Positions 1-8,893 of a DNA stretch of 64,000 nucleotides are shown here, in pieces (position 1 is the stretch's first letter; each line of letters begins with the position of its first letter). The stretch covers positions 26,268 through 90,267 of the forward strand of contig CAJQRI010000037.1 in the NCBI GenBank assembly GCA_905612265.1, written 5' to 3'. The stretch comes from an uncultured Nitrospinota bacterium (GTDB lineage: Bacteria; Nitrospinota; Nitrospinia; Nitrospinales; VA-1). A program made the position numbers and the translations under genes. Below the pieces are notes generated by a model. The model saw only the letters and a program-made list of their open reading frames with translations, made no database searches and was not told the DNA's origin.

Positions 1-298
1 TGGGTTCTTTATCTATGGTTTCTTCGTTTTCGATGCCGCCCCAGTTGTCGTCGACAAAGCGGTCGGTCATGGTGTGCAGGTCTTTTTTGTTTCTTTGGAT
101 TTTTTTCAGCAGGAGTTTGGTCTCTTCATCAGGGAACAAGTCGTTGAGGTCACTTTCTTCACTGGGGAACACTTCGTTGAGATCCACTTCTGATTCTGGA
201 AAGGGCAGGTCATTTTGCGGCGCAAAAATCTTCTTTCCGTCTTCTACAATTTCATTATTTAAAGATTCCGGCGGGGTTTGTTCTGTTGCTTCGTTCAT
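1..298 (-). CDS. Hypothetical acidic protein, N-terminal part only (ORF runs off the window start)
   Basis: Own minus-strand translation. ATG at 298-296, with GGAGA 7 nt upstream (complement of 306-310). 99 sense codons follow (MNEATEQTPPESLNNEIVEDGKK...DNWGGIENEETIDKEP) with no stop before the edge. It is missing from the ORF track only because it is open-ended. No family recognised. Confidence 0.45.
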   Translation of the reverse strand, partial: MNEATEQTPPESLNNEIVEDGKKIFAPQNDLPFPESEVDLNEVFPSEESDLNDLFPDEETKLLLKKIQRNKKDLHTMTDRFVDDNWGGIENEETIDKEP

Positions 299-440
299 GC
301 TAAGGTCTCCTGAAGAATTCTACTTGGTATGGTACTTAAAAAAATTCGTCTCTTCAACTCTTCTTTAATGCGGTCGCAAGTCGTTAAGTGACTAGGCGAC
401 CCAGACTATCTGGGTTTACCCCCCCCCTGTAATACATTGG

Positions 441-917
441 CTAAAATCTTGCCAGCCAGATTCCCAGGAACAGGGCAATGGCGAGCAGCCACATGGTCAT
501 CTTACTGAGGCCGATTATTTTTCTGAGGGTTTCGGGAACTAGTTTTTTGTTTTGCGGGCTTAGGTCCAGATCCGAGATATGGATTCTTAGTGAGAAGGTT
601 ACATACATGCTGGTGAAAAAGGCCCCTGCCACGAAAACCATTTTGATTCCGAACAGGTTGTAGTAACCGGGTTTGAGTCCTACTTGCGCTGAATAGTTTT
701 CAAGCAGGAAATAGATACCTGATCCTATCAGCACGAGCAAACAGGCGAAAACGGTCGGTGCCATCAGGTCGATAATTTTATAAGCGGGCGAATTTTCGTC
801 GCGTTCGGTCTGCCCCTTTTCGACTACGGGCAGATAGACTTTCAAGCAATAGACGAGACTTCCCAGCGCTATTCCTGCGGCTAGCAAGTGAATGAATATG
901 ATGATGATATTTGTCAT
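441..917 (-). CDS. Integral membrane protein, unknown function (about 4 TM helices)
   Basis: 158-aa ORF with four hydrophobic stretches by eye (IIIIFIHLLAAGIALGSLVY, VFACLLVLIGSGIYFLL, MVFVAGAFFTSMYVTF, MWLLAIALFLGIWLA). It starts 16 nt after the pepA stop on the same strand. Confidence 0.6.
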   Translation of the reverse strand: MTNIIIIFIHLLAAGIALGSLVYCLKVYLPVVEKGQTERDENSPAYKIIDLMAPTVFACLLVLIGSGIYFLLENYSAQVGLKPGYYNLFGIKMVFVAGAFFTSMYVTFSLRIHISDLDLSPQNKKLVPETLRKIIGLSKMTMWLLAIALFLGIWLARF

Positions 918-933
918 GAAATAATTTTAGGTT

Positions 934-2457
934 TTAGCCTTTAGTGTGTTCGAGATAATGGATGAGCAGACGCACGCCATAACCGGACGGGCCTTTGGGG
1001 ATGTAAGGTTTATCGTATCCCCATGCGGTGCCGGCTATATCAATATGGGTCCAGGGCTGGTCGCCTGCAAAAACTTTGAGGAATGCTGCGCCCATGCTAC
1101 TGCCTGCACCTACTCCCGGTGATGCGATATTTTTAAGGTCAGCGATATCGCTTTTGGTGGCTTTTTCAAATTCCTCCCATAGTGGTAGTTCCCACACTCG
1201 TTCACCGGTTGCGTCTCCGGATTCTTTCAATCGTTTGATCATGGCAGGGTTTGTGCCAATGACGGCGGCGGCCTGATGCCCCAATGCCATGAGTACGGCT
1301 CCTGTCAGAGTGGCAAGGTCGATCACTTCTTTAGGTTTATAACGTTGGGCATAGGTCAGCGCATCTGCCAGTACCAGTCTGCCTTCGGCATCAGTGTTGA
1401 GAATTTCAATAGTTTTTCCAGACATGCTTTTCAAAATATCGCCGGGTTTGATGGCTAGTCCATCAGGCATGTTTTCGGCGGCGGCCACGATGCCCACAAC
1501 ATTTATTTTTAGTTTCAGGTCGGCAATGGCTTGCATAGCTCCCAGTGTTGCAGCGGCACCGGACATATCCATCTTCATTTCGTCCATGCCTGCCCCTGGT
1601 TTGAGCGAAATGCCACCGGTATCGAAAGTGACGCCTTTGCCCACTATTACGCTGGGGGCTTTGCTTTTTGCGGTGCCGAAATATTCCAACACGATCAAGG
1701 CCGGGGGCTCATTACTGCCGCGCGAAACGCCGAGGAGGGCACCCATGCCAAGTTTTCCCATTTCTTTTTTGCCCAGTACTTTGCAGGTGATTTTACTTTT
1801 GCGGGCCATTTTTTTTGCATGGTTAGCCAGATAAGTCGGCGTGGCGGTGTTACCGGGATGCGATACTAAATCCCTCGCCGCATGCACAGCGTCAACAATT
1901 TTTTCTGCCCGAGTGATGGCTTTTGTCAAAGTTGCCAGTCGAGTTTTTGTCGCTGAGACGAGAGTCAACTTTTGCAGTCGGCTTGGTGGATCGTCTTTTT
2001 TATCACGAGACTTGTATTCGTCAAAGTGGTAGAGGGCGAGTCCTGCGCCTTCGGCAACGGCTCCGGCGAGTTCTCCATTGCCTGGGTCTTTGGCGATTTT
2101 GTCGAAACAGTCGTCGTTCAAATAAACCGATGCGGACTTAAATTTTGACCCTTCGGCTAGCTTTACGGCGGTTGCCGACGCATTGCAGATTGTTTCTGCT
2201 TTCACGTCTTTGGCTTTGCCGACTCCGACCAGTAACAGGTTGTCGGATTTCAGACAGCCGGTGCTGTTGAGCAAAAGAGTCTGGTTGGGTTTTCCCGTGA
2301 AACGTTTATTTTTATATGCCAGAGTGATGGCACTGTTGAGGGCGTCATCAATTGTTTTCAGGGTTCCGCTCGGTTTTTTTTCTTCCAGGCAGGGCAGAAT
2401 CAAGCATTCGGTTTTATGGTCTAAGGGGCTATCAGATTTCTGATTTATTTTTATCAT
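934..2457 (-). CDS. pepA: Leucyl aminopeptidase (peptidase M17)
   Basis: 507-aa ORF with M17 hallmarks VGKGVTFDTGGISLKP and NTDAEGRLVLADAL. Length and two-domain layout are typical of PepA. Confidence 0.93.
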   Translation of the reverse strand: MIKINQKSDSPLDHKTECLILPCLEEKKPSGTLKTIDDALNSAITLAYKNKRFTGKPNQTLLLNSTGCLKSDNLLLVGVGKAKDVKAETICNASATAVKLAEGSKFKSASVYLNDDCFDKIAKDPGNGELAGAVAEGAGLALYHFDEYKSRDKKDDPPSRLQKLTLVSATKTRLATLTKAITRAEKIVDAVHAARDLVSHPGNTATPTYLANHAKKMARKSKITCKVLGKKEMGKLGMGALLGVSRGSNEPPALIVLEYFGTAKSKAPSVIVGKGVTFDTGGISLKPGAGMDEMKMDMSGAAATLGAMQAIADLKLKINVVGIVAAAENMPDGLAIKPGDILKSMSGKTIEILNTDAEGRLVLADALTYAQRYKPKEVIDLATLTGAVLMALGHQAAAVIGTNPAMIKRLKESGDATGERVWELPLWEEFEKATKSDIADLKNIASPGVGAGSSMGAAFLKVFAGDQPWTHIDIAGTAWGYDKPYIPKGPSGYGVRLLIHYLEHTKG

Positions 2458-2810
2458 TAGGATAAATTTTTAAAATAGTAGGATGGTTGACATTGCTGGG
2501 CAGTCTATATTTATGCTCATTGGCAATCAACCTCAATTTTTACACTCATTGCAGGGTTTGCGGTGGAACAAATAATGGGGATATTTTCCCTAAACCGAAG
2601 GGGGTGGAGCACTTTGCTGATTTTGCGCAAAAAAACCTGATTGGCTATGGTGCGGAACGAATCAGGTAAACCCTTTATTTGCAAGCCCTAATTGCTATGG
2701 AAGGGTAGTGAGAGCTCTGAGTTGCTGGTTATGTTGAGGATGTAGGAAGTTAAAAACAAGGTCTTTATAAAATTGCCCAAAGCCTTGCAAAATCAGGTGG
2801 AAAGCAAGGA

Positions 2811-2839
2811 TTGACAATCCGGGTTCGGGTCACTAAAAT
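2811..2839 (+). promoter_or_regulatory. Consensus-like sigma70 promoter upstream of the NuoF-like gene
   Basis: TTGACA (2811-2816), a 17-nt spacer, then TAAAAT (2834-2839), about 115 nt upstream of the ATG at 2957. Pattern match only. Confidence 0.5.
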
Positions 2840-2956
2840 GTCTACAATTTTCCTGAGTTATATGAGACATTTATGAATCTGGCTGGAGTGGTTTTCCCCG
2901 GCTGGATATCGAACTAATAAAGATAAGTAAAAACTTTCGCATTACGGAGATCGTTC

Positions 2957-4786
2957 ATGGAAGTCGCTGAAGAACAGAGCCAGGCCGTTGCTCAAAAACA
3001 GGGCCAGATAAAAATAACCGTCTGCATGAGTCTGAGTGGAATTGCTGAGGGAAGTCAGAAAGTTTATGACGAATTCCAGAAGCAGATTGGCGAAATGGAA
3101 GCTAATGCCGCACTTGGTGAAAGAACATGTGAAATGGGCCAGGTTGGGTGTCGCGGTTATTGTAGCCGAGATGTTCTGGTAGATGTTTATATTCCCGGTG
3201 AAGATCGTGTGACTTACGAGAAAGTCAAACCGGCGATGGTCAAAAACATTTTGAACGACCACATTGTTGGCGGCAAAGTGTTTAAGAAAGCCGCATCGAA
3301 AGAAGATTATTATACGAACCTGGGCAAGCAAACTCGTGTGGCGTTGGAGCACGGTGGTTCTATCGACCCTGAAAGTATTGACGATTACATTAAAGTCGGT
3401 GGCTATGAATCTCTGAAAAAAGTTCTGACTGCAATGAAGCCAGATGAAGTGATTGCGGAAGTGAAGAAATCCGGATTGCGCGGCAAAGGTGGTGGTGGGT
3501 TTGTCACAGCTAACAAATGGGAAAAAGCGGCCAAAGCCCCAACGGACGAAAAAGGGACCCGCTACATCATGGTCAATGGAGATGAGGGCAATCCAGCTTC
3601 TTATATGGATCGTAGCGTTATGGAAGGTGCGACGCATCAGGTTCTGGAAGGCTTATTGATTGGGGCTTATGCCATTGGAGCAACTGAAGGGATCATATAC
3701 ACGCGTTCTGATTACTCGATTGCAGTCCGACGGCTGAACATGGCTATTGAACAGGCTAGGGAGAGAGGATTTCTCGGCGACAAAATTATGGGTTCAGACT
3801 TCAGCATTAATATTAGGGTTCATGAAGGTCTTGAGGCGTTTATTGGTGGTGAGTCCACAGCATTGATGCAGTCGGTTGAGGGCAAGCGTCCTTTCCCGAA
3901 AGCGCAACCGCCACATTCCTGCGATGCCGGGTTGTGGGGCAAACCGACTGTTTTGAATAATGCCGAAACTTGGGCCACGGTTCCTTCGATCATTAAGAAG
4001 GGTGCGGATTGGTACGCGGCAATGGGCAATGAAAATGCTCAGGGTTGCAAGGTCTGGGCGATTTCCGGAAACATCAAGTACAACGGATTGATGGAACTGG
4101 ATATGAAAACCACATTTGCAGAAGCCATTAATGATTATTGTGGTGGCATTCAAAAGAAAAAAGAGCTCAAGGTGATTCATGTTGGTGGTGTAACGGGCGG
4201 ATTCCTTCCCCCCGAAAAAGCTGATACCGCAACGGACTACGAAAGTCTCATCGATGCGGGTGTGTTGATGGGGCAGGCCAGTTTTGCGGCCTATGATGAA
4301 TCGGCTTGCGTGATTGATCTTTCGCTCTTTTCTATTGGATTTAACGAAGGCGAAACCTGCGGCAAGTGTACTCCCTGCCGGATTGGTCTGACGCTGATAA
4401 AAAATAAGCTGACAGATATTGCCGAAGGCCGAGGCAAACTTGAAGACCTCGACAAGCTTCAGGAGTTGTGTGAAGAGATCAGCCAAACTTCATTGTGTGG
4501 GCTAGGTGAAACGGCACCGAAGGCGATTTTGACCGGGTTGAAATATTTCCGTAAAGAATATGAACGACATATTGTCGATCAAATCTGCGACGCAGCAAAG
4601 TGTGTTGGTCTCTATCGTTATTACGTCAAGGAAGAGGATTGTGTAGCCTGTGGCGCGTGTATCAAACCTTGTCCGACTGGGGCTATAACCGGGGGAACCC
4701 GTAAAGTTGCAGCGCATATTGATATGGACTTGTGCATCAACTGCAACGCCTGTTACCAGGCTTGTGGATTCCTGGCGATTGAATAG
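2957..4786 (+). CDS. NuoF/HndC/HoxF-type NAD(P)H-binding FMN iron-sulfur flavoprotein with C-terminal 2x[4Fe-4S] ferredoxin domain
   Basis: 609-aa ORF. Motifs seen: GLRGKGGGGF...ANKWE (FMN/NADH site), ETCGKCTPCRIG (N3-cluster motif), CVACGACIKPCP and CINCNACYQACG (two ferredoxin motifs). An N-terminal thioredoxin-like domain is present. GGAG lies 9 nt before the ATG. No NuoE, hydrogenase or FDH partner gene is adjacent. Confidence 0.85.
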   Translation: MEVAEEQSQAVAQKQGQIKITVCMSLSGIAEGSQKVYDEFQKQIGEMEANAALGERTCEMGQVGCRGYCSRDVLVDVYIPGEDRVTYEKVKPAMVKNILNDHIVGGKVFKKAASKEDYYTNLGKQTRVALEHGGSIDPESIDDYIKVGGYESLKKVLTAMKPDEVIAEVKKSGLRGKGGGGFVTANKWEKAAKAPTDEKGTRYIMVNGDEGNPASYMDRSVMEGATHQVLEGLLIGAYAIGATEGIIYTRSDYSIAVRRLNMAIEQARERGFLGDKIMGSDFSINIRVHEGLEAFIGGESTALMQSVEGKRPFPKAQPPHSCDAGLWGKPTVLNNAETWATVPSIIKKGADWYAAMGNENAQGCKVWAISGNIKYNGLMELDMKTTFAEAINDYCGGIQKKKELKVIHVGGVTGGFLPPEKADTATDYESLIDAGVLMGQASFAAYDESACVIDLSLFSIGFNEGETCGKCTPCRIGLTLIKNKLTDIAEGRGKLEDLDKLQELCEEISQTSLCGLGETAPKAILTGLKYFRKEYERHIVDQICDAAKCVGLYRYYVKEEDCVACGACIKPCPTGAITGGTRKVAAHIDMDLCINCNACYQACGFLAIE

Positions 4787-4802
4787 AATATATATTTAAA
4801 AA

Positions 4803-4834
4803 AGCCTGTCGGCATTTGCCGGCAGGCTTTTTTT
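4803..4834. terminator. Bidirectional rho-independent terminator between convergent genes
   Basis: AGCCTGTCGGCA / TGCCGGCAGGCT inverted repeat with one G-T pair. An A-run precedes it and a T-run (4829-4834) follows. It sits between the NuoF-like stop (4786) and the SBP stop (4906). Confidence 0.7.
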
Positions 4835-4905
4835 GTCTTCAAGCGGATTCGCGCTGGGAGCATATTCCTATTAAATAAGGGTTGGGGGGATTTGTTCTTA
4901 TATTT

Positions 4906-6486
4906 TCAATTGATGGTTTTTTCTAACCGAATGCGTTTTAAATATAAAAGTTCCATAGCGTTATTCTCTAGGCCCTGTACATAAGGTTTGACGAGCAGGT
5001 TCTGGGCAGAAACAAAAAGGGGAATCATTGGGACTTCCTGCTCGGTGAGCAGTATTTGTGCTTCATCATAGACGGCTTGCCGTTCGTCCGGTTTTTTCAA
5101 CGCAGAGCCCAAAGCAATCAGTTCATCGTAGCGTGGATGGGACCACCTGAGTCGGTTATTGCCACTGGTAGTGATGAACAGGTTCATGAAGTTATCAGGG
5201 TCCGGGAAGTCGGCCCCCCACCCCAGCCTGAAAATTTCTGGCGGATCCAGATCCAACCGACTGAGGAAAACTTTCCACTCCTGGCTTTCGAAATCAATAT
5301 GCACATTGAGGTGTTCTTTCCACTGTGCCTGAATGAATTCCCCGATGAAGTGGTTGAGATCGCCCGTGTTGAAGGCTGCGGTGACTTTGGGAAACCCTTT
5401 GCCTTCTGGATACCCTGCCTGTGCCAACAAGTCTCTTGCTTTTTTTGGGTCAAACTTTGATCCAATGCTTTCGTTGTAACCAAACATTCCCTTGGGAATC
5501 CATGATGAGGAGGGCAGTTCCCCTCCTTTCAAAAATATGGGGATGCGGGATCGGTCAATCGCATGAGCAAATGCTTGTCGGACGAGGACATTATTAAAGG
5601 GCGGCTTTTTCACATTAAAACCATAGTAATAACCTCTTAATTGAGGCTTGTTGCGGTATTCGGGGCTGGATTTATAATGAGGAATTGCTACTGGCGGAAG
5701 TTCGAGGTAGTCCAACTCACCAGTTTCGTAAAGGGTCAGAGCGGTGGTCGGTTCCTGCACCACAAAAACACGAATGGCATCCACAGCTGGTTTGCCTTCG
5801 TAGTGGCGCGGGTTGGCTTTCAACACCATTTTGTATTCGTGTTGCCACTCTTCTAGAGTATAGGGGCCGTTGGTGACAATATTTGCAGGCTCTGTCCAGG
5901 AGTCACCGTGCTTGGAGATAACGTCCTCACGGGCCGGGAATGTGACCATGAACGTGGTGATGCTGGGGAAATAGGGCACAGGTTTTTTTAAGCGGACTTC
6001 AAGAACATCCGGGGCCAGTGCCCGGACCCCGACCTTATCAGGGTCGGTAATTTCCCCTGAGTTATATTGCGACGCATTTTCAATGTCGAAGAGGAAGTAA
6101 GCGTATTGGGCCGCCGTTCCTGGGGCCAGCAAGCGTTTCCAGGAATATTCAAAATCTGCCGCTGTGACGGGTTTCCCGTCACTCCAGGTGACATCATTGC
6201 GCAGAAAAAAGGTGATGGTCAGGCCATCCTCCGAGTATTCCCAGCTTTTTGCGATGGCAGGTTTGGCGTTTAACTCAGAGTCGTATTGAGTCAGCCCTTC
6301 CATGATATTAGTGAGAATGGTGAAAGAAACACTGTCTGTCGCCAGTGTCCAATCTAGAGTAGGAGGCTCATTCTTTATGGACATGCGAAAAACAGACTCG
6401 TCTGTAGAAGGGGCTGGGCCGCAGCCAGCGAGAACCAAAATTATAGCCAGCAACCAGCAAGGAAAAATGGCAGTCTGTGTTTTCAT
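4906..6486 (-). CDS. ABC transporter substrate-binding lipoprotein, family 5 (peptide/nickel type)
   Basis: Family-5 SBP signature region PAIAKSWEYSEDGLTITFFLRNDVTWSDGKPVTAADFEYSWKRL. The start is moved from the track's 6552 to ATG 6486. This gives MKTQTAIFPCWLLAIILVLAGC, a lipoprotein signal with an LAGC lipobox. No permease or ATPase genes are adjacent. Confidence 0.85.
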   Translation of the reverse strand: MKTQTAIFPCWLLAIILVLAGCGPAPSTDESVFRMSIKNEPPTLDWTLATDSVSFTILTNIMEGLTQYDSELNAKPAIAKSWEYSEDGLTITFFLRNDVTWSDGKPVTAADFEYSWKRLLAPGTAAQYAYFLFDIENASQYNSGEITDPDKVGVRALAPDVLEVRLKKPVPYFPSITTFMVTFPAREDVISKHGDSWTEPANIVTNGPYTLEEWQHEYKMVLKANPRHYEGKPAVDAIRVFVVQEPTTALTLYETGELDYLELPPVAIPHYKSSPEYRNKPQLRGYYYGFNVKKPPFNNVLVRQAFAHAIDRSRIPIFLKGGELPSSSWIPKGMFGYNESIGSKFDPKKARDLLAQAGYPEGKGFPKVTAAFNTGDLNHFIGEFIQAQWKEHLNVHIDFESQEWKVFLSRLDLDPPEIFRLGWGADFPDPDNFMNLFITTSGNNRLRWSHPRYDELIALGSALKKPDERQAVYDEAQILLTEQEVPMIPLFVSAQNLLVKPYVQGLENNAMELLYLKRIRLEKTIN

Positions 6487-6691
6487 TATGATCTTCGTTT
6501 CCATGTATAGGTAAATAGCCGGTATTATGTCAGTTTTACTCCCAAAAAACACTTCTACCGTCTTGTGAAATTCGTATCAGGGGACTGTTACAGTAGGGTA
6601 AAATAAGGAATTTCCAAGTATTTTCATTTAACTCTTTACTTTTCCCTGCACCTTTATAGAATGGAGTTTTTTACCTAGTTTTGGGGCAGTT

Positions 6692-7357
6692 ATGTCAGAA
6701 GATATTTCTTATATCAGAAAATGGATCAAGCGTGGTTTGAGTAAGGATAAGAAAACCCTCGATTTTTCCAACAGAAAGATAGATAACGAGATCGCCTCAG
6801 AATTGGCAGAAAACGTGGATCTTCCTGATATTGAAATCCTATTTATGTATACCAATAAAATCAAGGATTTGGGTTTGGAGGAATTGGCTGAGTCGGTGTT
6901 TTTTGAGCCGTTGAAAGAACTTTGGATGTATGAAAATAAAATCGGGGATGATGGAGCCAAGGCTCTGGCCGAGTCAGACGCTGTGACCCGATTGCGTTAC
7001 CTTAGCTTATACAAAAATAGGATTGGCGATGATGGAGCCGTATCTTTGGCAAACTCTAAAAGCCTTTCCAAGCTTGAAAAGCTGGACCTTTCGTTTAATC
7101 GTATTGGAGACCGCGGAGCTGAGGCCTTGGCTAATTCTACGTGTCTTAAAAATTTAAAGGAATTGCATCTTGATGCCAATCGAATTGGCCTAAGGGGAAT
7201 GAAGGCTCTGTCTGAACTCTCTGGATTGCGAAACCTACAGATACTAAACCTGTCGTTTAACATCATTAATCCTCAAGGACTGGAACTCATGCATGAGTCC
7301 AAACGTTTGCAGGAATTGAATGAGGTGCAAACGGACTATCCTCATATTGGTGGTTGA
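6692..7357 (+). CDS. Leucine-rich repeat protein, ribonuclease-inhibitor (RI) subtype
   Basis: 221 aa of about 28-residue repeats of the form L..L.L..N.IGD.GA.ALA.S, for example LRYLSLYKNRIGDDGAVSLANSKSLSKLEKLDLSFNRIGDRGAEALANS. No signal peptide or other domain seen. Confidence 0.8.
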   Translation: MSEDISYIRKWIKRGLSKDKKTLDFSNRKIDNEIASELAENVDLPDIEILFMYTNKIKDLGLEELAESVFFEPLKELWMYENKIGDDGAKALAESDAVTRLRYLSLYKNRIGDDGAVSLANSKSLSKLEKLDLSFNRIGDRGAEALANSTCLKNLKELHLDANRIGLRGMKALSELSGLRNLQILNLSFNIINPQGLELMHESKRLQELNEVQTDYPHIGG

Positions 7358-7360
7358 TTG

Positions 7361-8839
7361 ATGCAGCCTGAAATAAAAGACCTGAATTTTATCGAGACTC
7401 TTAATGATAGATTGATCCGCAAGGATCCTGTTCTGGATCTCTCCTATGACCGAATGGGAGATGCTGGAATCATTTTTCTGTGCCGAAATAAAGATTTGTC
7501 CCACGTTCAAAAGCTGGATTTGAGCTGGAATGAAATCACAGATGCCGGTCTGGCAGTTCTTGTCGGCACAGGCCCCTTACCTCAGTTAAGGCATCTTGTT
7601 CTCAACGCCAATCAGATTGGCGATGAGGGTGCCAAAAGCCTGGCGCTTTCAAAAAACCTTCCCAATCTGGAAACCGTGGAGTTGGTCAACAATCAGGTTG
7701 CCGACTTTGGGGCCTTGAGCCTTGTGAAGTCCCAGTCACTGTTGAGTCTTTGGGTTATTGATTTGGAAATGAATAAGGTGGGACAAAAGAAATTAACCCG
7801 GTTTCCAGATGGAGCGGTGGTTTCTAAACTTCGCGAACTCAACCTTCGTCGCAATGTTGTTAGTGATGAAAGCCTTACTGATTGGGCGCAGGCTGGTGCT
7901 TTTGAAAAACTGGTTCAGTTGAATCTGGGTTGGAATCAAATTACCGATCAGGGTGCCCGTATTCTCGCGAATTCTCCTACTTTAAGTCGGCTGGAAATTC
8001 TGGTGCTTGACTCCAACCATATTGGTGATCTCGGAGCTGTGGATCTTGCAGGGTCAAAGCATTTGAATAACCTCGCGCAACTTTATATGCAGGATAACAA
8101 TTATAGCCGGACGGGAGAAATTGCTCTGCGGGTCATGCGATCGCGGATTTTGGTTGAGAAGAAGAGAACCAAAAATACACTCAACCTCAATGAGCAGAAG
8201 TTGGATAACAAAGATATGGCCTCTTTAGCGCAATATGAAAAGCTGAATGGTGTTGTTTCTCTTTCTCTGCGGAATAACCAATTTGATTACCACGGCGTTC
8301 AAGACCTTGCCAGTTCTCCTTATCTAAAAAACCTGACATCCTTGAATTTGATGAACAATGCAGTGGGAGACAAAGGTCTTCTATTGCTGGCGGAATCTCC
8401 TAACCTGTCTCAACTGGAATATTTGAATCTGGAAAATACAGGGATTACAGCATTGGGAATCCTTGCCCTTTCCCAATCCCCACATCTTAGTCGATTAAAA
8501 GAACTGAATTTGAGTGGCAATGATCTGAGAGAAAAAGGTCTGCGTATTTTAGCCGAGTCAGGGAATTTCAAAAATCTGGTTAAACTAAGAATTTCTGGTG
8601 TTCCTGTGGGGGATTCTGGGTTTCTGGCTCTTGTTCATTCCAATACTTTGAGTCAGCTTGAAGAACTAGAAGCCATGGGCAACACCATCACCCGAAAAAG
8701 TTTAGACTCAATGACAACCGCTTCAAAATTAGCGCGATTAAAAAAGCTGGATCTTCGCCGTAATAAACTAAAAGAAGCGGATCTTATCTTCCTGGCCGAT
8801 ACTCCAAAATTTCAAGCTTTAGAAGCTCTAAGGTTTTAA
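7361..8839 (+). CDS. Leucine-rich repeat protein, RI subtype (long paralogue)
   Basis: About 490 aa with the same 28-residue repeat (LRHLVLNANQIGDEGAKSLALSKNLPNLETVEL...). The track ORF starts at TTG 7358. ATG 7361 lies 4 nt after the TGA of the upstream LRR gene and in the same frame. Confidence 0.8.
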   Translation: MQPEIKDLNFIETLNDRLIRKDPVLDLSYDRMGDAGIIFLCRNKDLSHVQKLDLSWNEITDAGLAVLVGTGPLPQLRHLVLNANQIGDEGAKSLALSKNLPNLETVELVNNQVADFGALSLVKSQSLLSLWVIDLEMNKVGQKKLTRFPDGAVVSKLRELNLRRNVVSDESLTDWAQAGAFEKLVQLNLGWNQITDQGARILANSPTLSRLEILVLDSNHIGDLGAVDLAGSKHLNNLAQLYMQDNNYSRTGEIALRVMRSRILVEKKRTKNTLNLNEQKLDNKDMASLAQYEKLNGVVSLSLRNNQFDYHGVQDLASSPYLKNLTSLNLMNNAVGDKGLLLLAESPNLSQLEYLNLENTGITALGILALSQSPHLSRLKELNLSGNDLREKGLRILAESGNFKNLVKLRISGVPVGDSGFLALVHSNTLSQLEELEAMGNTITRKSLDSMTTASKLARLKKLDLRRNKLKEADLIFLADTPKFQALEALRF

Positions 8840-8893
8840 TGCTTGTAGTTGGTAGCGTGAGGTTCAAAGGAATTTTTGAGAGAGTCCTTGTTG

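Noticed and set aside
15-368. 117-aa plus-strand ORF at the window start
   Set aside because: It is Ser/Leu/Phe-rich with low-complexity composition, and it lies exactly antisense to a better minus-strand frame that has an SD and ATG at 298. I treat it as a shadow ORF.
1028-4486. Many ORFs of 60-230 aa antisense to pepA and to the NuoF-like gene (for example 1394-1834, 2942-3637, 3794-4486)
   Set aside because: They lie fully inside strongly supported genes on the other strand and have odd composition (Arg/Ser/Phe-rich) with no motifs. They are typical antisense open frames.
7355-7363. The two tandem LRR genes are in the same reading frame, separated by a single TGA. Possible explanations considered: a split gene, stop-codon readthrough or selenocysteine.
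   Set aside because: The second ORF has its own ATG 4 nt after the stop. Its N-terminal non-repeat cap resembles that of the first protein. Being in frame has a 1-in-3 chance expectation. I see no SECIS-like hairpin just downstream. This is noted only as a caveat.
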